This document shows positions 25,522 through 36,960 of a stretch of DNA of 64,000 bases, one piece after another. Origin of the DNA: Phoronis australis (Eukaryota; Animalia; Phoronida); the NCBI GenBank assembly GCA_002633005.1, contig NMRA01000417.1, positions 138,158 through 202,157 on the forward strand. The letters run 5' to 3'. Every line of letters begins with the position of its first letter. Positions within the stretch are counted from its first letter, which is position 1. A program made the position numbers and the translations under genes. The notes below the pieces were generated by a model. It was not told where the DNA came from and ran no database searches. It saw nothing but the letters and a program-made list of their open reading frames with translations.

Positions 25522-26022
25522 CAAGGCTTGGAATTTTCCGCGGAAATGCGGATTTCCGCTTTCTTCAAATGTTCTGTCCGCGTATTTTATTATATTTCCG
25601 CATAAAAAAATCGGATTTGATATAAAATCTCCGTGGCAAATTTCTTTCTTACCGCGGCGTTGCCAACGACTTTCACCTCGAAAAGCGGAAGTTTCTCTTT
25701 ATGTTTCGGAGGAACGTAAATTGTCAACATTGCCGGGGAACCTGGAATAGCGTGGTGGATTTCTAATGGCGTCTCGTGTGATTGTAAGCCACGGTGACAA
25801 ATACTACGACTCTGCAGCCAAAAATGTGTGGAGCTGGGAGTGCGGGAGTGGACGGACGAGCTAAAAAGACACAGACGCACGCTTCTGGAGGTGGTACCCT
25901 TTTTTTTTAGTCCGGAATTTTGTTGGCAAAAGGTCCACAACGCCTATTTCAAGACTGGGTGCACGCATGTTTTGGGCCGTAAAGTCTTCCGCTTTTTTCG
26001 TCATTGGTCATTCCAAGCCCTG
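25522..26022. mobile_element. hAT-like MITE with apparent 6-bp TSD
   Basis: TIR CAAGGCTTGGAAT...ATTCCAAGCCCTG, with ATTATG directly on both sides. A second left-end fragment lies at 62912-62990. Confidence 0.75.
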
Positions 26023-26770
26023 ATTATGGAGTTGACGTCTGAAGGTGCATTGGTGTACCAATGTTGCACCCAAAATTAGTGCAGTTGTTACTGTTTTTAA
26101 ACATTTAAATCACAGGGAGTTGTTTCAAAACAAGTTTATAGGGCAGGCCTGTGGGTGAGAGGAGTCTACTGTAATTGTTATACGGGGTCATTGTGATGTC
26201 ATATGCGGCAATTCTCGTCAATTTCACACAGAGACATTTTCTCAAACATCACTCTTTTCAAAGACTGAATACATAATGCAAACGTGCAAAATATTTGTTT
26301 TTAACATATTTGGAATATTGTTATGAGGACTTCGTCATAATTTCATTAAATAATTGTTTTGTAGTTCAATTTTTGTTTATTTTGTATGCCAGATTCTGGT
26401 TATTTATTTAGGTAGTCAGTGTTTCTTAATAACAATTGTTGAGGCAAGCTCCTGTGCCCACTACCCAGTCCATTCCCATTCACAGTAAAATGTTTACCTC
26501 TTTGCTCCACATGTCAGCAGTAATGACAAGCTTTACCTCTGGTCACTTGCCCAATGTTACAGCTGGGTCAGTGTCACTTGTGTCATGTGTTTTTCCTGTC
26601 CTCTCTGACATCATAGCTGTGTTCTCTATTGATGAACTGATGTTTAGATGTTTGTGAATTTACTCATGTTACATGGAACTTCCAGTGTGATCCTATCCTG
26701 CTGTAGTCCGCTAACTGCCATTAATAGGTAGGAACCACTTGTCACCTGATGATATTTACCTGTCTTACAG

Positions 26771-26857
26771 GGCAATGTCCTTTGTTAGGAACAGCCGGGC
26801 TCGTATGTCTATGCGTATGAGCCGTTCCATGGACAGTTACCTGGATGCACCACCAAG
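26771..26857 (+). CDS. ARHGEF12: Candidate symmetric (phase 2-2) exon: (R)AMSFVRNSRARMSMRMSRSMDSYLDAPP(R)
   Basis: Acceptor cctgtcttacag|, donor CAAG|gttgga, 87 nt, open frame. Compatible with both neighbouring exons. No recognised homology. Confidence 0.5.
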
Positions 26858-26859
26858 GT

Positions 26860-27060
26860 TGGACTTAGATGTTGTTCTTATTACATGTTATGGGGCCACT
26901 GTTAGTAGTTGGACATGGCTGTTGTTGTATGCTATTTCTGGACTATTTCTAGTATGTGTTCTGGGGCCACTATTAGTGGTTGGACATTAGTGTTGTATAA
27001 CTATCACTGGGCTATTTCTAGTATTTGTCTCCATCCTTGTGGCCACTGTCAGTTGTTATG
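26860..27060. repeat. Degenerate ~70-bp minisatellite directly after the candidate exon
   Basis: ggccactrttagtrgttggacat...ctatttctagtat repeated about 2.5 times. Confidence 0.6.
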
Positions 27061-27649
27061 ACGATTCTTTACTGCTTGGATTCACTTTCCTTTACAGGAG
27101 GCTTATTTTTGGTTTTCCTTTCCTGGAATCTGTTATGGAGTATTCTAGGTGTATGTATCGTGTTGTCGTGGTGATGGTATATTATGTTGTTGCTTTTTGG
27201 CAATGGAATTATATGGAATACAGAGCCTGTGTTCAATGCTTCTTAAAGGGGTCACATGGACTCATGGTAGTGACTGGCTGCATGCAATCCGATAAGCTTT
27301 CTACCATGCTCTTGGTCAAAATGTTTTTACCAATATGTTAATGTATGTCATAATGGCTCGCTACTTCAGGACTAAGCTGTTTACTATACAAAAATAGGAG
27401 TTCCGTTCAAAATTTCTTACCAAAGTATGACTTTCGAAAAGAGGAAGTGTTTTAGCTTGCTTTATTTCAACTGCCCAATGTAGAATCAAAAATATTCGGG
27501 AAGCTAAAAGGCTAGGTTGATACGATAATTCACAGTTACGCCTGTCGCAAGAAATCGTACCATAAAGAACCGCCAGCGACTTTTGCATAGTCTGCTAATG
27601 CCAACTTGTCTGAGATGCAATAAGCGAAAAACAAAATTTGACTTGCAGT

Positions 27650-28820
27650 TTTTATGCGCCCACATATTTATATGTGGACGCATTATGCCGTCATCTCCGT
27701 CCGTCCGTCCGTNNNNNNNNNNNNNNNNNNNNNNNNNNNNNNNNNNNNNNNNNNNNNNNNNNNNNNNNNNNNNNNNNNNNNNNNNNNNNNNNNNNNNNNN
27801 NNNNNNNNNNNNNNNNNNNNNNNNNNNNNNNNNNNNNNNNNNNNNNNNNNNNNNNNNNNNNNNNNNNNNNNNNNNNNNNNNNNNNNNNNNNNNNNNNNNN
27901 NNNNNNNNNNNNNNNNNNNNNNNNNNNNNNNNNNNNNNNNNNNNNNNNNNNNNNNNNNNNNNNNNNNNNNNNNNNNNNNNNNNNNNNNNNNNNNNNNNNN
28001 NNNNNNNNNNNNNNNNNNNNNNNNNNNNNNNNNNNNNNNNNNNNNNNNNNNNNNNNNNNNNNNNNNNNNNNNNNNNNNNNNNNNNNNNNNNNNNNNNNNN
28101 NNNNNNNNNNNNNNNNNNNNNNNNNNNNNNNNNNNNNNNNNNNNNNNNNNNNNNNNNNNNNNNNNNNNNNNNNNNNNNNNNNNNNNNNNNNNNNNNNNNN
28201 NNNNNNNNNNNNNNNNNNNNNNNNNNNNNNNNNNNNNNNNNNNNNNNNNNNNNNNNNNNNNNNNNNNNNNNNNNNNNNNNNNNNNNNNNNNNNNNNNNNN
28301 NNNNNNNNNNNNNNNNNNNNNNNNNNNNNNNNNNNNNNNNNNNNNNNNNNNNNNNNNNNNNNNNNNNNNNNNNNNNNNNNNNNNNNNNNNNNNNNNNNNN
28401 NNNNNNNNNNNNNNNNNNNNNNNNNNNNNNNNNNNNNNNNNNNNNNNNNNNNNNNNNNNNNNNNNNNNNNNNNNNNNNNNNNNNNNNNNNNNNNNNNNNN
28501 NNNTGACGATGATTTTCCGACGATTTCGACTACTGTGGCGCCTCCTAGTGGCAGTTTTTTTTTTTTGCGCCTATGGCTGTATCTCCTAAACCGTTCGCAG
28601 GATCTTTACGAAATTTAATAAGTGTAATTATATGATGTTAACAACAGACGATGACCTAGCCTATTGAGGAGACAATGACCATGCCTTTCCATTTTGCAAA
28701 GTACAACATACTACATATATGCCCTCTACTGGCCACTTTATGGTACCAATAAACAACCCTAGATGGATACCGTATACGGTGCAATTGTGGGCGCATTTCA
28801 ACGCTCTGCGTTGCTCTTGT
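27650..28820 (+). mobile_element. HINE copy spanning an assembly gap
   Basis: Canonical 5' end ttttatgcgcccacatatttatatgtggacgcat plus (GTCC)n before the gap. Core units and 3' gtgggcgcatttcaacgctctgcgttgctcttgt after it. Confidence 0.85.
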
Positions 28821-28829
28821 TTATTTCTT

Positions 28830-29561
28830 CAAGATGATACACAAACATCCAGTAACGTATTGCCAACCTTTGAATTCAGAAATCGAGAGACAGCAAATTG
28901 TACACCGTCCGTTCCGTCGCTACACATCCTCGATAACCTGGCAATTACACTCATCAAAATAGGGAGAATTTGACATCTTTCAGTGAGTTATGGAAATTCT
29001 TCAAAATATGAGAGTTTCCTACCAAAAGCGAATTGGAAGGGTTGGCAAAACCACTGTCATATTTCTCTGGCCCGATATTTTTCGAATATATGTTTTATCT
29101 AGTGCACTACAGACAGAAACTCAGCGCGGCAGACCGCGTCGCTAAAAGCGGAGGCTTTGGAGCCGGCGGGGTTCTTAAACTTTGCGAACATGGGAAGAAA
29201 AGAAAGTGACAAAACGTTCAAGTGTTATATTTTGAAGTAAATCCATGACCCAAGACGAGAATTCATTACTTGTATTATGATTCACATTGCCAAACCGCTG
29301 GCTCGGAGGCCGTCGTTGCACTCTAGTTGTGATCATCGATCTATAAGTCGGGGAATCGCGCGTTTGTGTAGCACTGGGCGCCAAATCTTCAATCTTTAAA
29401 AGTCGGGGATGTGCGCTTAACCGAGAGGTGGGCGCGTAACTGGAAATCTTAAAAAATCGCAGATGGGCGGTTAACCGAGCAGTGGGCAGTTAAATCGTAA
29501 ATTCACCTAAAATAGGTGTGGGTGGTAAACTGAGCATGGGCGTTAACCCGAATGTTTACGG
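28830..29561. mobile_element. Right part of a pogo/Tigger-like non-autonomous element
   Basis: Ends AACCCGAATGTTTACGG|TA, with GGGCGGTTAA subterminal repeats like those of 15238-16657. Left boundary uncertain. Confidence 0.5.
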
Positions 29562-29838
29562 TATATTATTAGCTGAACAAGAGACCTCATTAAATGACTA
29601 AAAGTCTTTCTGAGATGATTGCTCTCAGATCTTAATTTAGCTCAACTTTAAACAGAAAATACGACAATAAAAGTATAGTTTGAAATTCAAATTTGAAAGT
29701 TTGAATGTACATACAAACCAGATCAGCACAAACATGATGGCCACATTTAAAAATGTATTTGCATGCTCTAAGTATTGTAATGTATAGCAGAAACTAAATG
29801 ACAATTCTATTTTAACATACCCTTTACATCCTAATAAT

Positions 29839-31394
29839 TGACCTTACGCTAGAAAATGAATGACAGGTGTGATTGACCAATCAGAATGCTGCATTCCGGA
29901 CATTCCTCCAGACTGCAGTTCAACTGGCCATCTTGTCCGACAAGCATTAGCGGCTGTAGGACAAAACACGTTCGCCTACAATGTGCATTTTAAATGGCCA
30001 AGAGGTGTTGTTGTGGTGTGTAATTCAGACAGTCGTTATACCGACAGAGATTAAAGTCCTGTCAATTTTTGCCCTTTTCCAAAGCCTAAAAGTGATGTTG
30101 TAATGAGCAAACGATGGATTACTTAAACTGTGTGCACTCCCCCACGAGCAGCCTAACCTGTCAACATTGTTTGACCACTCGAAAGCTAAACACAAGTATG
30201 TTCTAAGATTTGCACTCTTTTTGATATTTCTTCCCAATATTGGATTTTTGGCTCTGGATTACCGTCTTTGTTAAGTGTGTGACCCACCACCTCTGCGATC
30301 ACTTTCTGGTTCATACATGACAACCATTTCCATAGCACTGACGAAAACGTGTTAAAATATAGTCTATCAATAGTCATATTGCATTTCATGCCATCCTACT
30401 TACCTGTTAGAGGCTCTTACATCTATACTGACTGTGAGTGTTGTTATAGGCCTATTCCTATTCCTTCGTAACTCCTCAGTCTTGGACCTGTCGACTGGCT
30501 CGTGACTGTTATTATCTCGACAAAGGTTGCCAGTAAAAGCCAAAGCGAAGAATTGAAAACTTTATTATGAACATCGGAGAAAATGCTTATTAATTACCGA
30601 AAATACGTAGAATTTTGGCGCTACGCCGTGGCACTACAGAAACGGCAAGCCCGTACTGAGTAAATACGCAGTGCCCGTATTAGTGGTTGACATGTTCGTA
30701 GTATATAACTCAGATATAAAAAACAGATTCATAGGCAACATTCCGCATTCAGTAAGTGTGCTTTGTTTAGTCTGTCTTCGGAAGTCATAATCACAGTCAC
30801 CACTCAAGTACTAACCGGGTTAGGCTGCTGTTGTTTCATCAAAATCACTACCTTTGAAATGTTAATTTGAATGGTTGGAGTGGGACTCCGAATTTCGACT
30901 TGTTACGTGTGTCTGTCACGGCGCCGACTCGACCATCGGTGATCACTGGACACGAAATTCTTGGCTAAACTGTTACAGTTACAGCTCAGTAGGTTTCTTG
31001 ATTTCCTACATATTTTAGTAAAACATTCGTTTTGCTTTGAGGGAAAAAATGTTATTCATTAAGGATTTTTACTGTTTAACCGCATTCGTGCAGTTTTTGT
31101 TGACGCTGATGTCAACTCTATGAGGCTTTTAGGATTTGCGTTGACTTCTGAAACATCCGCGGGCGGTTTACATGTCAGGTGTCCTCGACGTAAATCTTAA
31201 CCCCATTCCCTTTTCTGAAGGCTGTTGCCTTTTGTCTTTGTCATGGCGAGATTCATAGGGAAGATTATGTTCGCCAAAGTTTGCATGAATATCAGTTAGC
31301 ACACCGGTCTTGCTTGACGAAGCCATTGTCTGATGTCAGACTTCCGCATCAGGTGACATCATAGGCGGAGCGATCTTCTGCTGGCATAAGGTCA
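29839..31394 (+). mobile_element. AT-TSD TIR transposon (ISL2EU-like) deletion derivative with THAP remnant
   Basis: AT|TGACCTTACGCTAG...CTGGCATAAGGTCA|AT. Decayed THAP N-terminus MAKRCCCG/CNSDSRY...FCPFPKPK...KRWI...PHEQ from 29994. Confidence 0.75.
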
Positions 31395-31788
31395 ATTGCT
31401 CGGGCATTTCGACTTAACAATTTACCAGAAATACCTCTTATGTTTTCCAAATAGCATCCCTAAGATTTTTAAGTTCATGTGAAGTCAGGATTAACAGCAG
31501 GTTAGGTCCAAATATGCGTAAGATTGTACCCCGCAACACAAGAAAAATCACTGGACGAACACCTCGGAAAAGACATGTTGTGGTCACGTGACATTTGTTT
31601 TAATTGGAAGGTAGCATGCGCTTTCTGGCCATGTACTTTGAACTCCAATTTTTTATCTGTGAGACCGTCATCAGCTGAATGGTACGCTTTGAGTACCAGT
31701 CTTCGATTCGCAGTTTTCATGTGTCGAAAGCTCCACTCATCACGTGTCAATTTTTATGTGCTCTTAAAAAAACATTAAAAAATGAGGA

Positions 31789-32075
31789 GCGACACTTGCC
31801 GAAATTAACAGAAAAGATGACGACGAAGATGACGAGTATGACGACGATGATGACGATGATGAACAATACAAGTAATGATAACATTCACATGACGAACGTA
31901 GAGGTCAGAAATCAGTAAGAAATAGGCTACAGTCTTGCGCGACACTTGGCAAAATTAACTGGAAAGATGACGAAGATGACGAATTTGATGGTGGTGGCGA
32001 TGATGAACAAACATCATAACATTCATATGAGGAACTTAGATGTCATAAATCAGTAAGAATTAGGCTACAGTCTTG
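31789..32075. repeat. Two-copy ~145-bp tandem duplication with (GAY)n tracts
   Basis: gcgacacttg..aaattaac...aggctacagtcttg occurs at 31789 and 31939. Confidence 0.75.
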
Positions 32076-34379
32076 TTCAATAGAAGCTAAACCAATTTCA
32101 AAGCAAAAAGAGCGCTCAACAAAGGAACAGCGCTATCAGAAAATCTCGAATAATTCAAAAAGTATACGTCCTAGTGAAAAATGGAAAACAACATCTGAAA
32201 GCCTATTCAAAACTCTATGTAAATTTTTAGTATCGCATAATTCCGCATTTTTTTCGGAAAAATTGAAATTTTGTTTTGTTTTTTTGAAATTCAAAGTCAA
32301 ATAACTCGAAAACGGTTAGTCTGAGAAAAAATTATTAGAGGACATTTGAAAGGGTATACCTCAGAGAATCCACATTCAAAAAATCTCGTCATTTTCTCTT
32401 CCCATTTAAAATGGCACTCCAGCACGACTGAAAATTAGTCAACATGCGCCAGATCCACCATCTTGAAAGCAACTTCTGATGAAGCAACATTGGTCCTATA
32501 ATGCAACCCTCTACAGGAGAAAACGTTTTGAGGCCAAAATCTAGGTGCGCATGTGTGATTGCTGCTATTTTCGCCATGTATTACTGGAAGTGAACAATTT
32601 CTGGCATACTTATAGCGCACTTCTGGTCCAATAATTGTACTGACTTCCAGCCCTGTACGTAAAAAATTGTAGCCTCCAAAAGCATTTGAATCTTAAAATG
32701 AAAACAAAATGGCGGCCACATCCGCCATCTTGGATCCGATTATGATGAAAAACAATAGGCTTCAAGTACTTCCGAAACTACGTGTTATGTTTGTAGCATT
32801 CTAATGGCACTGCTTAGTAGATGGATTTGCTTGACAGTGCTGTGAAAATGTGTCAAGTATAGTAATCCAGTGTGATGATAAGCACATTCAAAAGTATTGT
32901 TAGAACACTTATAGTTCCACATCTTTGACATGGTGAAGTCTGTGTTTTTAGTTTTAGTCACACTCTATGAACCATTGTAACTTGCTCAGGGGCCTATGCT
33001 CTCTATTTGACGCTTTGAGATGTTTCACATCCTGTCTTCAATTTCGCTCAAAATAATTGACGAAATCCAAAGTTTCCAATTTTCAAAAGTCAAAGATGTA
33101 GATTTGTTCCTGAGTTGTGTTTTATGATAGTTATACTCTTCATACCATGCTGATAATAAACAAAACCTTTCCAATTTTCATTTTGATAGCAAATTTGGTA
33201 AAGCAAAATTGTAAATGTCTTGCATGTTGTCTGTTAAATTGAAGGACATTCATGTTAATCACGTCTGTCGAGGTTGTGTGATGCCAGGTTGGAGGGTGAT
33301 GCTCTGTGAGCACTTTTTAAATCTGGAAAAGTTCCATTGCGTCTTATGTGCGTCTTATGTGCGTAATAATAGTCATAAATATTTAAATAATTGTTGTAAA
33401 TAGACCACAGTGCTCTCCTGCATGGTGTACAATGCTTGGTTAATGAGAAGTTGATGAGAGCATGGTTTAATCTGGCTCGTTATCACCTGAGAATGTTGGA
33501 TGACTCCTCAACTCTTGTTAGGCAGACATCTACTGGTGTCAGCTGATATTTATTCACCACTTGAGAAAGAGGTGAACAAACTTCACAAGATGCTGTTGAT
33601 GACTTGTACAGGAAGCACATACACATAGACTGACTGAGGAAGTACATGGCTGTCCTGCCCAGTGTTGATTTACATTTTCTTTTTAAATTTGCCATAATTT
33701 AACTTGCAAGGGTAACTCTATTTTGTTAAATTTCTCCACAAAAGTAAAGATTAAAAACATTTTAGTCCATTACAGGCATTGCTTGTAGTGTGCGGATGCT
33801 GTAAAACAGCCTTTGGTGAATGAAATTGCCATTATTTACAAAAAGGTAATCAGCGGTTGAAAAATGGGAAATGGCCTCTTTGGCAAATGTTTTTGAGCGA
33901 AATAACTGAAGACTTATAATAGTTGACTGTAAATATGACCGACAGTATTGTAGTAAGAAGTCAGTGGTCTAAAAGTCATACACAAAATTGTAAATATAAG
34001 TTGTTAACTTAAAAAGAAATTGAAGTGTCTATACAGGGCTAAGGGAACATGCCACCAGAAATCAATATATTTTGTATCAATTCAGCTCAACATGTTCCAT
34101 TCATTAACAGTCCGTTCAGTTCTTTTAACTGACGAGATGGCAGGCAAAGATGCTAAAATTAGCTTGTGACGTCAACAGGTCATGACTGTAAGTCGCATAG
34201 TGCACACTAGGCACAAACTGAAGTTCATCTACTTGCCTTATTGTTTTGCACCAATTAAACATTAAACCAGAATGCAAAATCCTTTTGGATACATGAAGGG
34301 GATATTAAATTGGTGCCTTCTGTCAAAAAAATAGGTTTTGATTTAAGTCATTGCCGTTACAAAATTGGCGTTGTCATGT

Positions 34380-35020
34380 TTAAGAGTCGCGTCGTAACCT
34401 GAAATTTTATGAATTTGATCAGAAAAATTAAAAGTTTTTTCAAAGCCCATAAATTAAAGCTACGGTAAAATTCAAAGGACAAGGTGATATAAACACAAAC
34501 TGAAAAACAAAAAATATTCTGTAAAATGGCCAAATTTGTCCTGTTTCGGAACATCCTATCTCAGAAACGGCTGATTGGATTCATATTAAACTTTCAGATA
34601 CTATGCGTTATGCACTGCTCTCAAAACGCTGTTAGGGATTGTTTTGGAAATTTTCCATTTTTGCATGAGGGGCTATAAAAATAGGACTTTTATAATTTCA
34701 TGAAAATTTAAAAGTTCCATAAAACGAAAGGTAACTTTTAATTTAGAAAACTGTAACAGCGTTTTTAAGATTTCATCTTGAACATTTGTATCAAACAGTA
34801 TTTGGTCATATTCTTGATACCATTGTTTCGCTGTGGATGTATTTTTCTTTTATGCTAAATTTTACTAAAAAGACATGGTCAGATGTCCCAGTTAATATCC
34901 GATTGGTATAAAGTAAAAAATGAAATTCTAAAGGCTTTATACTTTCAGAAAATACATAGTTTTACTGAGTTGAAATCTACAGTTATGTACAGGTTTGGCT
35001 AAATACACCGACAAGTTACC
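34380..35020. mobile_element. Dispersed repeat, probable DNA-transposon MITE; related inverted copy at ~52860-53180
   Basis: gcatgaggggctataaaaataggactt (~34663) is close to the reverse complement of aagtcctgttttttatagcccctcgtgc (~53056). Right end ...AGTTACC|TTAA. Confidence 0.45.
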
Positions 35021-36889
35021 TTAAGCTGTGAAAACAGTATTCCAGTTTGAACATGTTTTGATGACAATGGCATAGGTGGACGAAAATTCATAGAACATGT
35101 GTATCCATCAGACACACTGAGTTGTTGACATCCTCGTGCCCATCATTTATTGAGAAACCAAACTTTTATCTCTCGGCCATATGATTTTGTCCATTAACTT
35201 CGAAATCTGTTTGTTATGCAGTCATTGCGCGGAAATTTTAAAATATATATAATTTGTACTCAGTGCTGAATTTCTTGTTGAAGTACAGCTCTGCGCTATG
35301 TGCCAGTGATTGCAACGAAGAGTACTCTGCTGACATAGATCAGAGTAAAAAGCCTGAAGGGTATGGCTATGTCCATGTGATAAATCCTGGTTTCCTTGGA
35401 GTGATATATGCTCTTAGTCAATGACACTGGTGCAGACTGTTAAATAAACAGTGACTAATTACCAGAGCTCTGTTTTACTGCCTTGCTCTGGTCATAAACC
35501 ATGTTATCCGGGACTCAGTCAGTTTTCTTATCAATAAACACATATGTAGGAGTACTACAGTATAGGGAGATATCATCTGCTGGGCTCAGGAATCTGTCTT
35601 GAACTGGCCAGCAGTAAGAGTGATAATGTTGGTGAATTCCTGCTGCACACTGCTACTTCACTACCACTGCAGCTGTGAGAAGTGTTGATTGTCTCTCTCA
35701 GTTCTCTCTCTTCCTTTAATCTCATCAGTCTTGTTTACACATCGAGGACAGTATGGCCAGGCATACTGCCTATTCACTGATGGATTTTGACATCAGCAGA
35801 AAATGGTGTTATCTCTTCTGGTCCGCCAATGAAGGCTTCAAGTGAGCAGGTTTTGATCTTGGTCTCCTTGCACACTGGACTCAGACTCCTCTGTCTATTG
35901 CATGCTTCATCTTTGGTATGTAGCTCTTGCCACTGGCATATATTTCCAGCAAGCACATTGTGATTGCTGAGTGCAGCCTATCATTTCTCGGGCTCCATTA
36001 AGGCAAATAGACTTAGTTTTCTTAAAAGAGATCCTAAAATGGTAGGTAGTTGTAGCCTGACTACAGTTGTTGTCAATATGGGTTGGGTGTGTGAGGGACA
36101 GCATTATGAGATCTGGCTGTTGTGTTGATGAAGGGTGTGGCCAGAGTCAGTCACTCTGATATTCTGTTGTGGACTTTAATCAGTGTCTCTTTTGAGCCAC
36201 TTTTACACAAGAAACACTTACCGTGGTGCAAGTTGTCTCCATGTGAGTTGTATTTACACAACATTATCGCACGGAAGTCAATTATAAGAAAGCAGTCTGC
36301 GCATGTTCGAATTAACAATGGCGAAGGTCCTAAACAATGTGATCACTCGTAGGTACACTATTGCAGAAGCGCAATAAAAGATAATCCCTCCCCACTCTCT
36401 AAGTGGTGTTTAGATGTGTAGTTGGCACTGGAGTAAGTGATCAAGTGCAACTTACTTAACCTCTCAAACCGTCACAAAAATTTGCTCCATGTCAGTCGTG
36501 TTTACCTGCATACTGTCCCCCAGTCAGCTGTTCCATGTCAGGTGCAGGGTGTCATGTGTGCCTTGTTTAATGTGGTTTTGGAAAACATCAGCTAAGATAT
36601 ATCAATATATCGGACCATGTGCCTGTAGACAGGATTACTCTGTATGCTGATTTTTTGTCTAAAGTTTTGTATGTTAACCAGAAAACCTGATGTATAGTAC
36701 AATTTTGGGCAGAACAACAAAGGGCAGCTGTAAGGAGGCAGTGCTTAGACATCTGGAGTACAACAAGGGATGGCCAGCCTGACCCAGCAAAGCTCTTCAT
36801 ACAGCTGATAGTATAATGGTAGTGTCACAATGTAAGTTGTATTTGAGGGTGGAATATTGGGAGTAACATACCGTGCTGATTGGATGCCG

Positions 36890-36960
36890 GAACCCTGGCT
36901 GTTGTACAACCAGAGGAACCCTGGCAGTTGCACAACCAGAGGAACCCAACCGTTGTTCAA
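36890..36960. repeat. 26-bp tandem repeat, about 2.7 copies
   Basis: gaaccctggcwgttgyacaaccagag repeated. Confidence 0.7.

Noticed and set aside
27583-28618. Three ORFs of more than 300 aa in the ORF track
   Set aside because: Artefacts of the N gap 27713-28503; the flanks are HINE sequence.
36760-36836. Strong donor CAAT|gtaagt with upstream ATG
   Set aside because: All three frames contain stops shortly before the donor; at most non-coding.
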